64,000 nucleotides of DNA from Octopus vulgaris (GCA_951406725.2 OX597823.1:50096001-50160000), one strand, 5' to 3'. Counted from the first letter of the stretch, positions 25,491 through 38,612 are shown. Numbers and translations are program-made. Notes: generated by a model from the sequence alone, not told the origin.

Positions 25491-25972
25491 TGATGATGGC
25501 AATCCATCAAGGTCGAGGATGATGGTCTTCGCGAAAATTTACTGGTGAGTCCGTAGGTGACGGATAAGACCAATTCTTGCTTGAAAAGATTGGTCGCAGT
25601 GCGGACATTTAGTACCGGAAGGGAGAGTCGCACGTGGTTGTTGTTGGCGTTCCTTCCGTCATCGTCTTTTCTCCTCCAGCTCTGCAGACCTTTTCAACTC
25701 GAAAGTTGCCGTTCCCTCATGGATGGTGGTTTTCCAGAGTGGTCTGTTTTTTGCCGTTTCCTCCCAGTTAGTGAAGTCGATGTCACACTTTTTGAGGTTT
25801 GTTTTCAGGGAGTCCTTGTAGCATTTCTTCTGGCCTCCTTTTGTATGCTTGCCGTCTTTGAGTTGGGAGTAGAAGATCTGTTTGGGAAGTCGTTTGTCAG
25901 TCATTCTAACCACGTGGCTGCTCCATCTTAGTTGGCCTTCGATGACATAGGCTTCGATGCCGGTCATTTGAG
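25491..25972 (-). mobile_element. 5'-truncated RTE (BovB-like) LINE: ORF C-terminus, C2H2 finger, 3' UTR and (CAT)n tail
   Basis: QLRWSSHVVRMTDKRLPKQIFYSQL..G...GGQKKCYKDSLK, one premature TGA, then CPHCDQSFQARIGLIRHLRTHQ* ending at 25539. Confidence 0.9.
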
Positions 25973-26019
25973 CAGGTTTGCAAAACCATCTGGCATAACA
26001 TTGCCTCCTGCCCCTATGA

Positions 26020-26300
26020 AAACCCTACAACGGTGAAGAAAAGAAAGCTAAGATGGTCATGACAATCTAACAAGATGTATGACAATCTAACAATCTTGCA
26101 AACACCATTCTTCAAGAAACTGTAGGAGTGAAGAAGATATGGACAGGTGATAAAATAGTTAGGCAATGTCAGGGAACAGACATGCTAATAATTAGCAGAC
26201 ACACAACCACAACAGACCAAGCCTCATTTACAAATGTCATGACTGCCTTTATAATTCCATCAAAGGTTGAGGGGCTCCGGCCCCCACTGGTGTGATAAGA
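26020..26300 (+). mobile_element. Old RTE LINE 3' fragment
   Basis: TTVKKRKLRWS...LANTILQETVG resembles the RTE motif TVKKRKL.W.GH......LAKTILQG.V.G. Confidence 0.6.
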
Positions 26301-27985
26301 TAAAACTATGGATAAGTGGTAGAGTTGCAAACAAACAGCCAGCAGTTATTCTAATCTAAAATCTATCTGTGTCTGATATCGACTTTCATTTATCGAGGAT
26401 TAATAATATAAACACCAACCATATATTTCAGTTGATTCAGTGAACTACAATTCACCCTTTCATAATTGTGGCCTCAGGCCAAGGGAAGAAAATCGAAATT
26501 GTATGGCTTATAAATGCACTATATCTTTTTCTTCATATAACACTGAATGTTATCTTTATATAATCTTTATATAATATTCTTAATTTAATTATTTATTATA
26601 TAGATCAATAACGTGTTAGATCTATTGTATAATATCTTAAAGTTTTATTGTTACAGCTTCAGAGGTTATCTTAAGACAACTTGCCACTTCTCTATTACTT
26701 GCAAGTCTTTCTCCACATTCAACCTAATTCTTAGTGTCAATTTCACAGATTAACAGTTGCCTTTAGCATTTTCTTTCCCTTCTCCATCTCTCTCTCTCAT
26801 TATAGCTTTTGTGTTATGTTCAAAGAATTTTAATTTTCCATTATAGGATCATTTTAAATAATACTTCTAATTCAGAAGTTTGTGCGGTCAGCTCTGCTTT
26901 CCATCCTTTTTTGCTTAATGAAAGAAGAACCAATAATATACCAAAGTTGATTCTATTGATTACACTCTTCTACTACAATAATTAAGCCTGGTATTTAATC
27001 AAGAGAAATCAATTTTCTCCACATAGTCCTAGAATTTGAAGTACTCCCCACCCACTTCATATTTTATCTGTCCATTTTTATAGGCCTCCACAGTAATTTT
27101 GATGCTCATATCTAAGATTATTTGATTCAATTTCCTTTGTTTAATAATTTTATATGGGAACTCAGATACATTTAGTTATTCAATATAGCACACAATTAGT
27201 TGAAAGATTAAGTGTTAATAGTCTTAAAGCTGCAATGGGATGCAAAAATAGGGAAGCCTTCATTTCTCCAAAGCACCTATTTGTAAAAAAAAAGATATGC
27301 AAAACAAAGTTAAATGTGTTGGACATAAAAATAGAGCAATACCAATGATGGAATATAAATCAAGTTTTTCTAAAAACAGTCAATACTACATTGGTATAAT
27401 ACCCACTGCTCTTTATTTAGTAACTGAACACACCCAAATTCAATATATTCAGATCTTTTGTAACTATCTAAACTTACAGAAGTAATGAACCAATAAGGGA
27501 ATCTCGCTATAGTTCCTGAAATCACAAGAAAGAGCAACCAAATCTCCCTCAAATTACACCCTCCATCTTTAAAAAAGGAGTGACACATTGGATGATATGG
27601 TTCTGGATATGTCAGAATAAAAATGAAGGATGGCCACAACTGCTCAGTCAAGTTGATCTGGGGCTAGTTGGCAGAATCATTAGTGAGCTGGACAAAATAC
27701 ATTAAATACAGTATTGATCTTGCTCCCTACAATCTATGTTCAACACAACTTTTCATTCTTCCTGGGTTGAGAATATTATGTAAAATAAGGCGGTGAGCTG
27801 GCAGAATCTTTAGCATGCTGGGCAAAATGTTCACCGACATTTTGTCTGTCCTTACGTTGAGTTCAAATTCTACTGGTGTCCCATTCATAAAGGACAATGT
27901 GATCTCAGTCACTTATATACCACTGAAACATAATTGGTGTTATGAGTCCTTGGGCGGCTCAAGAAAAATAAATTGAAGCCTTTAA

Positions 27986-28205
27986 CCCTTTCGTTACTGT
28001 ATTTATTTTGAGATGCTCTGTGTTACTTTCAATTACTTTAAATATAACAAAGGATTTAGTAAAATAACTTAGTTATCATTCAGCTGGTATTAGGAACATA
28101 AATTGTGACTAAGGTTTGGGGGAAGATTTTAATTCAGAACTTTTGAAAACAAGACATTTATACTGAGAGCCAGAGCCGGTTTCAGCCGGGTTGGTAACGA
28201 AAGGG
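27986..28205. mobile_element. piggyBac-type MITE (family P1), 220 bp
   Basis: TTAA TSDs at 27982-27985 and 28206-28209, with TIRs CCCTTTCGTTAC / GTAACGAAAGGG. Confidence 0.9.
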
Positions 28206-30029
28206 TTAAATAATGGTAGGTTTATAAACAATGTGACGGTGAGCTAAACAGTAAAAGAAAGTGCACAGTCACTGAAAAAATAATAATACAGGATTGAAAC
28301 TTGGAGTGTTCAGCTGCTCCCTGTTTTTTCTGTTTACCAAAATAGGCATGGCTATATTGTTAAGAAGTTTACTTTGTGATTATGTAATTACAAGTTCAGT
28401 CCTACAGGACTGAATCTTGGGAAAATGTTTTCTACAATAGCCCGCTCCACATATCTCAGTGGAGCCTCCTCAAGCTGGTTATTGATGCAATATATATCTG
28501 GTGCAGATTGCATCAATAACCAACTGGAGGAGGTCCCTCCTGGGGTTAAAAACAGTAGTAACATATATTCCTATGGAAAAGCCATGATGAAGATATTCTT
28601 AAACAGAAATGTTCATTTTTGCATAAGACAATGTCAGAATATTTTGTCTTGTTTATTTCCTAACATCTGAAGAAAAATTGAAAGTCTTGGTGTTCAGAGA
28701 TGATAAAATACGGAAAAAAAAGAAAGGGAAATGTGTAAGAATCAATATAGAATTTAGCTGTGTTGAATTATTTATCATTTTGCTATTTTAGAAATGCATA
28801 AATATTGTTGACATAATTAGTTCAACTTGAAACCTACTACCTGCTTAATTGCAGAACAGTATAACAGTACCAAGTAAAATTTGTACCATCTTTACTCACC
28901 ATCTCAATAATTATAGATTTCTCCAGGGAAACTCATGTGATACAGATGCTACTCTAATGTAATTAACTCATTAACAATTTTTGATAAAAGAAACTCCTTA
29001 CAGCGTTAATCTGATCATGTTTCTTGTGGGACTTTTCTACATATAAAAGCAATCCCGCATTCAGGTTTAAACAATGAGATACTGTTTGTTTGTGTGTGTG
29101 TGTGTGTAGGGGGGGGTTGCGCACGCAAGCACTTAAGTGGAAAAAAAGACAGAGAATGAGTGACACTTCATATAGTCAGAGTTTACTAAACTTAATACAC
29201 ACACACACACACTTGTTTGAGTGTGTGTGTTGTTTGCCTGCAAGAATAAAAAAAACAAAATCTTTATTTTCAGCTCATAAAAGATTCATATTTCAATATT
29301 TTTAAAAATATAAAAATTAAGAATAATATAAGAAAGAAGAAGCAAAGTTAACACTTCATATGTCATATGAAATACAGAAGAAAGTGAGCGTAGAATATCT
29401 CAAAGTCATTTGAATGCTTAAAAGAGTTTTCAAAAACATCTTGAAATTTTTGAATGAATAAAACTGAAAATTAGTTGGGTTTTTTTTGGTGGGGGGTTGT
29501 TTTCTATATCAACATATTTTTACAAGAAGAAAAAAAAACATAGGTATAAAAGATCAAGTTATCAAGAGAGAAAAAGACCCATAACTACCTCACCAAGGAA
29601 ACAAAGAGGAAGAACAAAAGGGGTGATTAAACCACAGAAGACAGTGAGAGGGAGTTACATATTGTACACTCCAGAACAAATGGCATGTTTAGTTATGCTT
29701 CAGACATTATTGCAAAAGCATTTCCATGATCCAGGATATCCTAGTATTCGAGTGTGTAAGTGTATTATACAATATATACAACATAAGCACATACATATTA
29801 TGTACAGGGCGTGATTGTATATATTTGCTATTTTCAACTATTAATTGTATGCATTGTTTTACTATCATTGTTGGTCTTTTCCTTAAAAGCAACAACTGTT
29901 TTTGCTTTATTTTTTTACAGAACTATTGAATATTGAAAATTTTGAATCCCCCAAACCTCCAATTTGTGGAAGAGACAGTCCTCCTGGGAATCTATGCCAG
30001 CAAGGACAAACAAGATTTCAGATTCCCTT

Positions 30030-30950
30030 AACATCAACAGAATGATGGTGGAAAAGGTCAGAAAGGAGCTGAAAGATTCAGTATTCAACTACAAGGTGAC
30101 AACAGTAAGGAAAAACCCCTGATTGATAATCTGATGCCATCAGAACACTGGAATTCATCACTGACAGCAGATCATCAACAATGATCCCAGCAAGTCCATG
30201 TGTGCCATTACAAGATTGGTGGTGCATGAGGATATTCAATACTTTTTATACAAGATGAAGAAGAGACAATTTCTGTCCAAGATGATACAGGAAAAGCAAC
30301 TCAAGCACACCAGACAGGCTGTGGTTCTTCTGCAACAAAAAGAATTTCTGTAAAGACCGGAAGATCAACTCGAAGAACAACGGGTAGCATGCTGTCCTAC
30401 ACAAGGACATACCCAGAGTGATGCAGATGAAATTTCCAGCAACAATCATGGTCTCCGGTGTTGTCATGCCACCTCACTTCTTCCCTCAGAGCCTCAGGCT
30501 AAAAGGCTACATCCATGTTCTGAGTGAGGTGGTGAGGTCCTGGATTGACTGGTTAGTTGTGGGGAAGCTGTATGTATGGGAGCAAAACTCTGCACCCTGC
30601 CACACCAGCCAGAAGACCCAGGCTTGGCTGTCAGAGAATTTCTTCGCTCACACAGCACCTGACATTTGCCCTCCCAACTTGTCAGACTGCAACGCCCCTT
30701 AACTTCCTTGAGTGGGACACAATGGAATGAAAGACCAACAAATCCAGGTGCAGCACAAAGGACAAGCTAAATGCCAAGATTATCAGAGTTTTCAGGGTCC
30801 TAAAACAGAAGATAGTAACAAAGGCCTGGAGTCAGCTCTGAAGTCACCTGGAGGCTGTCACCGAGGTCAAAGGCAGGTTCATCAAGTGAGATTGGCAACA
30901 TGTCATGAAGACAAACTGACTGAAATTTGATGAACATACCTCAAAACATA
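30030..30950 (+). mobile_element. Second degenerate maT-like transposase
   Basis: MKFPATIMVSGVVMPPHFFPQSLRL...YVWEQNSAPCHTSQKTQAWLSENF....PDICPPNLSDCN, homologous to 1853-2820 but divergent. Confidence 0.8.
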
Positions 30951-31258
30951 AAACACTTATTTTTTTCCCCTGAGACATCATGTGAATGAATACCGTCCAC
31001 TCCATTTGTGTGTGTGTGTGTGTGTATACATACACACACAAACAGAGCTCAACATCATCATCATAATGTTCACTTTTCTATGCTTGCTTGAATAGGATGA
31101 AGTTTACTGAGACAGATTTCCTATGGCAGTCAGCCCCACCTATCATCAACCCTTACCTGTTTCCAAATTAGGTAATATTTCCTCATGACCAGACATGTTT
31201 TTTCAAGATATTAGAAATGAATAACACTGGTTCTACAACAGTATAACAATGGCACTTG

Positions 31259-31309
<51 letters not shown>

Positions 31310-31658
31310 ACACATAAATAACATACATTCACTTAACTGACACTTCATCATTTATGACAATAAGGGTTCCAGTTAATTAGATTAATGGAATAGCCTGCTC
31401 ATGATATTAATGTACAACTGACCGACCACTCCACACAGCATTACAGGGAATGGACAAAATTGGCCATTACTACTCAACTGAGTGGACTGGAGCAACAGAA
31501 ATTAAAGTGTCTTGCTCCAAACACAAAGTACCAACTCCTGCCCTTATGATCATGAGCCAAATATGCTAACCACTAAGCCAGACGCTTGCTTGCCTGCATA
31601 CAGACACACACAGTGTCCTGCAGGTTCTGAAAATTACATATGTATATATAATTATGTA

Positions 31659-32192
31659 TAAAAACGATAAACGTCACCCTTTTCAAGCCTAGCCAGGCTC
31701 ATGGGCCGGTTTCCCGGGATCTGTGGCGCATGTGTTCCCCCCAGCTGGACGGGACACCAGTCCATCGCAGCATTACTCAAGAAACAGGAAGAGAGAGTGA
31801 GAGAAAGTTGTGGTGAAAGAGTACAACAGGGATCACTACCACCCCCTGCTGGAGCCTTGTGAAGCTTTTTAGGTGTTTTCGCTCAATAAACACACTGCGA
31901 TCCTCCGACCGCGAGTCCACTGCCCTAACCAATGGGCCATTGCACCTCCACTTGCGCCCTTTTAAAGCCTAGCCAGGCTCATGGGCCCGGTTTCAATGGT
32001 GTATGTGTTCCCCAGCAGGACAGGACACCAGTCCATCGCATCATTACTCATTTTTACCAGTTGAGTGGACTGGAGCAACGTGAAATGAAGTGTTTTGCAC
32101 AAGAACACAACGCGTTGCCCAGTCTAGGAATCAAAACCACAATCTTATGATCATGACGCTGACACCCTAACCACTAAGCCAAGTGCCTCCAC
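31659..32192 (-). mobile_element. Dimeric tRNA-derived SINE (family D) inside an 11-bp TSD
   Basis: Two monomers (32191-31955 and 31950-31675) share the tail GCGATGGACTGG...GAGCCTGGCTAGGCTT. ATAATTATGTA occurs at 31648-31658 and 32193-32203. Confidence 0.75.
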
Positions 32193-32647
32193 ATAATTAT
32201 GTAAACATGGAGAATATACACATACACACACATGCATGCAATAATGAAGCACTAAATTTACACAATATATCTTTTACTTGTTTCAGTCACTGGCTGGGGC
32301 ATAGTATTGAAATACTTTTAGTGAAATGAATTGACCCACTCCCCCAGCACCCATTTTATTTTTAAAGCCTGGCATTTATTCTACCAGTCTCTTTTGCCAA
32401 GGTGCTAAGCTACAGGGACATAAACACACCAACACTGGTTGTTAAGTGGTGGTGGAGGACAAACATATTCAGAAAGGTGCACACACAAGAATGGGATTCA
32501 TTCAGTTACTATCTACCAAATTCTACTCACAGGGCTTTGGTCAGACCAAAGACAGAAGGCACTAGCCCAAGGTGAGACATAGTGGGACTGAACCTGGAAC
32601 CATGTGGTTGGGAAGCAAACTTCTTATCACACAGCCACACCTGTGCC

Positions 32648-32678
<31 letters not shown>

Positions 32679-32682
32679 TGTG

Positions 32683-33400
32683 TCATCATCATCATCATCA
32701 TCATTTAGCGTCCGTTTTCCATGCTAGCATGGGTTGGACGGTTCAACTGGGGTCTGTGAAGCTGGAAGGCTTCATCAGTCCAGTCAGATCTGGCAGTGTT
32801 TCTACGGCTGGATGCCCTTCCTAACGCCAACCACTCCGTGAGTGTAGTGGGTGCTTTTTACGTGCCACCCACACAGGTGCCAGACAGAGCTGGCAAACGG
32901 CCACGAACGGATGGTGCTTCTATGTGTCACCGGCACGGGGGCCAGGTGAGGCTGGCAACGGACACGAACGGATGGTGCTTTTACGTACCACCAACACGGG
33001 GGCCAGACAGAGCTGGCAAACGGCCACGAAACGGATGGTGCTTTTACGTGTCACTGGCACGGGGGCCAGGCGAGGCTAGCAACGGACACGAACGGATGGT
33101 GCTTTTATGTGCCACCGACACGGGGTCCAGACAGGGCTGGCAAACGACCACGAACGGATGGTGCTTTTACGTGTCACCTGCACGGGGGCCAGGCGAGGCT
33201 GGTAATGGACACGAACAGATGGTGCTTTTACGTGTCACCTGCACGGGGGCCAGGCAAGGCTGGCAATGGACACGAACGGATGGTGCTTTTACGTGCCACC
33301 GACACGGAGGCTAGACGGGGCGGCGCCGGCAACGACCATGATCGAATGGTTCGCTTAACCACAGCTGCAATTCCCACTGATGTTGATCGATCTCAATTTG
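32683..33400 (-). mobile_element. Family C copy carrying an ~8 x 60-bp GC-rich minisatellite (about 32850-33350)
   Basis: (CAT)n tail and family C body, then tandem units beginning GGTGCTTTTACGTG. Confidence 0.85.
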
Positions 33401-33441
33401 GTTCTGCTTTCTGATATATGAATTGATTTGGTTATATAAAT

Positions 33442-33497
<56 letters not shown>

Positions 33498-33711
33498 TAC
33501 CTACAATTTTTAAATGGTCAGGTTAATTACAGACTATTTCTGCCCATGGAGAGATATACAGGTCACTTAATACACTCGTGTAAAAACAGGTCTCTTAAAA
33601 ATCATCTGTCTTTTGCAGCAAACACATATCCAGGGTAACACACAAACACATTGTATTAAAGATGAATGAATAGAAGTAGAATTCAATAAGACTGATAAGG
33701 CCCTTACTAAG

Positions 33712-34005
33712 GGATGGCATGAGAGTTCATTCCCCATGTAAGTCAGCTGCCACAGCTTTCCAGCTGGATTGCTGCACCATTTCTTACAGATGATAGGTAT
33801 GGATGCCAGACAACTGAAAAAAGACATCAAGAAGATAAGCATGGCAGCTTAAACAAGCTCACGGTGGCTATGGTTGATAAGAGACCACAAGTGGAACCCT
33901 TCCACTGGCAAAAAAAATCAATTCAGTCCTCCCTGCCTCACTCAGGCAAAAAGAACAGGCTAAGGGATAAAATGCTTGTGACTCTGAGATACTGGCTGAT
34001 GATAC
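33712..34005 (+). mobile_element. R2/HERO-like LINE C-terminal fragment
   Basis: GWHESSFPM*VSCHSFPAG...KKDIKKISMAA*TSSRWLWLIRDHKW resembles the HERO-type end GW....P.EVGCRGF...AAE.ASRWLW..R...W. Confidence 0.6.
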
Positions 34006-34457
34006 AGAAAGGTTTCCACCACTGCAATAGATTTAGAAGAGCTTGCAAAATCTCGCACAGTAGCTCCAGCAGTTTCTGCATGAAGCAAAGCATTTCTGTT
34101 TATTTCACCTTTTCTGGAGCTGAACTCACAGCAACTGACTACCTCAGCATTAACACACATATTGAATTTGAAAGCCTGTCTAACCTCCAAATAGAAGCCC
34201 TTTACTGAATTATATATTAAGATTTCATGCATTATATTAGTATTTTCATAATGGATTAGAAATCATTTACTTTTTGTATTTAATGATTATTATTCATAGT
34301 CTTTGATTAGGCATTGCCTACCATGCCTAACCAGGTCATACATCCCTCACACACACACACATATATATATATATATGAATAAATATCGATAAAATAGATT
34401 ATTCACTTGCCTATCTATATTCCTGATGTTTGCACATTTACAATAGACCACAATGTT

Positions 34458-34502
<45 letters not shown>

Positions 34503-34593
34503 TATAGCTTTTCCCATATTTATTAATACTACAGAGTATAAATAACCTCAAAATGAAATTACAATTATAAAATAGGCATGGAAAGATTTAAAG

Positions 34594-34650
<57 letters not shown>

Positions 34651-37600
34651 TGGAAGAGAAACAGAATACGCTCCAGCAGAAATAACTTCATGTATTAGGT
34701 AGAAATTTGATTGATCATTTGCTATGAATGACTGACCGCAATCTAACTGTTGAACAATCTAGGAGGAGGAGGAGGTGGTGGTGGTGGTGTGGTGGTAGTG
34801 GTGGTGGTGTGGTGGTAGTGGTGGTGTTGGATGGAGGTCTCTCATACTTGCAGTCTTTCTCTTTCTCATCCTTCTCTTTTGCTAACTCCATTTCATGTCC
34901 ACTCTCTTATTTGCTTTCACTGGAAGCTTTTACTTCATGCATAATGAACACACATACACGCTGATTTTATTATATATATGTGTATGTATGTGTGCAACTC
35001 TAGGCATGACTTGATATGATTAAATCTATCTATCTATCTATCTATATGTGTGTGTCGGGGGGGAGGAAGAGAGAGAGAGAAAGAGAGAGAGAGAGTAACT
35101 TCAAATGAGAACTCAGACAATGATAACCCATCTAAGCACATATTTAGTATAGAAAGTGGACTAAAAATGCTGGTGGTGGTGATGATGATGTTGAGATATG
35201 GAATGAGGGAAGAAAGGATGAAAGAAGATAAGTAGACAGAGTAACAGACAGGCAGATGGATTATTTATTCATAGTTAAGCTTGTGTGTGTTTCTACTCTG
35301 AGTTTCTCGATTCCACTCCTCGGAGATATTCTAAATTATTCACCCACACAGACTCGGCTCTGAATAATAATATTCTATTCTAACAGTATTGAGTATGCCT
35401 TTTTTATTATTTATTTATTTACTGAATTCCGATTTACACCAGTGGGAACCATCATTCACTATCTCCTCACTCATCCTCTTTTCCATTCCCTGCATTATTC
35501 TGCCAGTGGAACAGTTAAAGGTAGTACCTGTTACAACATATTTCTACACTGCCAATCATTACTCTCTTTCCCCTAAGTTATTTGTTACTGACATCCATCA
35601 CTTGCTCTTAATATTGATTATCTCCACTCTCAGTTATTAACCCTCACTGTATCTTCCCCTCTTCTTACACTCTTTGCATTCTTCAGCCACCCTTCTTGAT
35701 TCTTATGTTATCACTCTTCTATTCACCTTCTCAGACACATTTAGCTTTAGGTTTTAACATCATAGGGTAGCAAGGACTCAGTAGTCTTACATGATACAAG
35801 TCCACCTCAGTAGTTCTGGAAGCATGATAAAATGTATCTAGTGCACTCTGTAAAATGGTCAGTAAATAAACAGTAACAACGTAGAGACAAGAGGACTCTT
35901 TGGTGTTGCCAAAGATATGGCAACCTCTCTAGTGCTGGTTACATGCTGAAATACACAGTGCACTTTCTAATGTGGTTGTTGAAAAGGAGAGCAAACAATA
36001 AAGCAACTAGGTCAGAAGTGAAACATTCAAGCAAAATATTATATTCTGTTCTGTGTAGGAATGAGGAGGAGTAACTTGGAGTATGAACTGACTCAGACCA
36101 TGATGACCAAGGAAACGCATGCTATAATAGAAACTGGATGTAAAATGATGATGAACCTGCAGTTATCTATATAACAATTGCATATATAAAGCACAGGCAT
36201 GGATGTATCGTAAGAAGCTTGCTTCTCAACCATATGGTTCTAGCTTCAGTCCCACTTGAGAAAGTGTCTTCTACTATAGCCCTGGGCCAACCAAAGTGCC
36301 TTGTAAGTGAACTTGGTAGACAGAAACTGAAAGAAGCCCATTATATGTGCGTGTGTGTGTGTGTGTCTGTCCTCACCACCGCATTACAATCAGTGTTGGT
36401 TTGTTTATGTCCGTGTAACCAAGTGGTCCAGTAAAAGATAGTCATAGAATAAGTACAAGGTTTAAGAAAAAAAAAAAGGAAGTACAGCATGACCACAGTC
36501 TAATAATTGAAATAGGTAAAAGGTAAAAAATAAGTATGAGATAATCATTCCACCTCCATTATTAGTTTTTCAATGTGAACATGTTATATAAGCACTGCAA
36601 TATATTCCACATCCATGTCTCCCAATTCTATGTAATATCTTTTTCTGAAGTTTTGTTTGATGGCTTTGCATCATAAGGTCCTTCTTCAGTCAAAAACAAA
36701 AAGCAAGGTGCAACCCATAGTATTATAATTTTAGATACCCTATGTCTCTACCCAGATATACACTCTACATGCTGATATACAGTAACTAAGTTGCATGCGA
36801 TCTGACAGTCTGGGTATAGCGTACACACTTTCTCCACTGTTTAATTTATTTCCATCTTTTGTTGTTGGCAGCCCCGAGGGAATAAACCTCAAATGTGTTC
36901 CAGCTGTGTTTGTTCCACATATTGAATCTGTCTCACTACCTTTAAAACAGCAGTGTATGATTTGGGGATGATTTGGCTGTTTTTTTTCTGGCAGGTTAAC
37001 AACTATGACAAGGCTCTCTCTCTCTCTCTCTTCTAATTTATATATAAACTTTATTTTCCCCATAAATTCCCTGTAGGTGGTATTGGAGCTGAGACTCAAG
37101 TGGTTTCTTTGCCTAAAACCAACAACTCAATTATGAAAAGTGATTTCAGTGAACAAAATATAAAATGCTTTTATATGAATGTTACAGATTGAACTTTACA
37201 CATAAAACTTTAAATTCACAAACACTTGCCTCCAGTGAACTGCAATAAGATATATTTATAGCACATGATATAGAGCCAAAATTAACAAGAATATCTGACT
37301 TCAAAAAAAAAAAAAACATTGAGTGCTTGTACAAAGGAGCCAAGCTTTCAGTTTGGATGGAGTTCCTAATAATCAACTATGGGCAATTGTATTTGCCATG
37401 GAGAAGGGAAAAAGTGTTCAATTGCTGTTGATCCCTGTTGAAATAACCAGTTATTAATGTCGGCTGAATTGACCAGTAATCATGACAGAATTCAAGTGGA
37501 ATCAACTAGAACAATTTACTGAAGAATCTACAATTGCCAGGAAGTCAAGAATTGATTGCAACCAGTTCTAGTCGATTAATAAGTTCTAGGCAGCAAACAC

Positions 37601-38240
37601 GGTGTTGTGAATGTTTTACGTCTATATACAGATATATACATACATATTTATACACACACACATATATATATAAAAGAATTTTCTTCAAAACTGAAGTCTG
37701 ACCAACAAAAATCCTAGAGTTCCAGCATTATCTAATATTAGAAAAATAGCCACCAAAGTAGATAAAAATGTATATAACAAGTCTCTCCTTTCTCTCATTC
37801 TCTTATCTACTTCCATTAACTCTCAGGATTTCTCTCTCTTTTTCATCTGTCCCCATTAACTATCAGTGTTCTTTTCTCTCTCTCTAAGATCACTATTCAT
37901 ATCTCCTACTTCCTCCTTTTCTTTATCTTATTATTTTTCTCTAACCAGTCTATTTCTTGCATTATAACCTTCTAAAGTATTCTTTTGTTTTTTCTGCTTT
38001 CTCTCTCTCTCCTATTATTTCTGACATCCACTCTATCCTCTTTCTCTACCTTTACTATCAAATTATTTTCTTACACTACCTCTAATTTCCAATGCCTTGT
38101 GATTGAGTCTGGGAGATGGCAACTGAGAGGAAGCCAAACATTATATAAATACAGGGTGTTTGGGCTAAATTTGAGTTTGGGAAACACAATCTCCCCTTTG
38201 TGAGTGGATTTGGCAGATGGAAACTAAAAGAAGCCCATTG

Positions 38241-38281
<41 letters not shown>

Positions 38282-38608
38282 AGGAAAGACCTCCTTTGGT
38301 CATGAATGAACATGGGATTGCACCTAGAAAGTTTCCCTTCAAGGCACAAGTCTAGGCAATGTTGTTCATGGAAGACCAGCAGTCACCCATGCATACCAGC
38401 CTCTCCTCTCCATGCCACCAATGTTATCCAAGCGAAATGCCAATATAGCTTGGTACCAGAGACATTGCAACTCATTTCTACAGCTGAGTGAAGTGTAGCA
38501 ACATGAAATAAATAAAGTGTCTTGCCCAAGAACACAACACAGCCTGATCCAGGAACCAAACTCACTATCTCATGATTGTGAGGCCAATGCTCTCACTCTA
38601 ACCTCTGA

Positions 38609-38612
<4 letters not shown>
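38282..38612 (-). mobile_element. tRNA-derived SINE family E
   Basis: Reverse-complement homologue of 51872-52210. Confidence 0.8.

Noticed and set aside
32796-33414. 172-aa and 101-aa repetitive ORFs
   Set aside because: They are translations of the GC-rich minisatellite in a family C repeat.
36640-36697. Minus-strand CTGAAGA with a possible stem I
   Set aside because: The GAAA core and stem III are absent; too degraded to call. Similar failures at CTGATGA 22390 and 41292.
36740-37099. 119-aa minus-strand ORF in unique sequence
   Set aside because: No recognisable domain, it crosses a (GA)n run, and it has no convincing splice donor.
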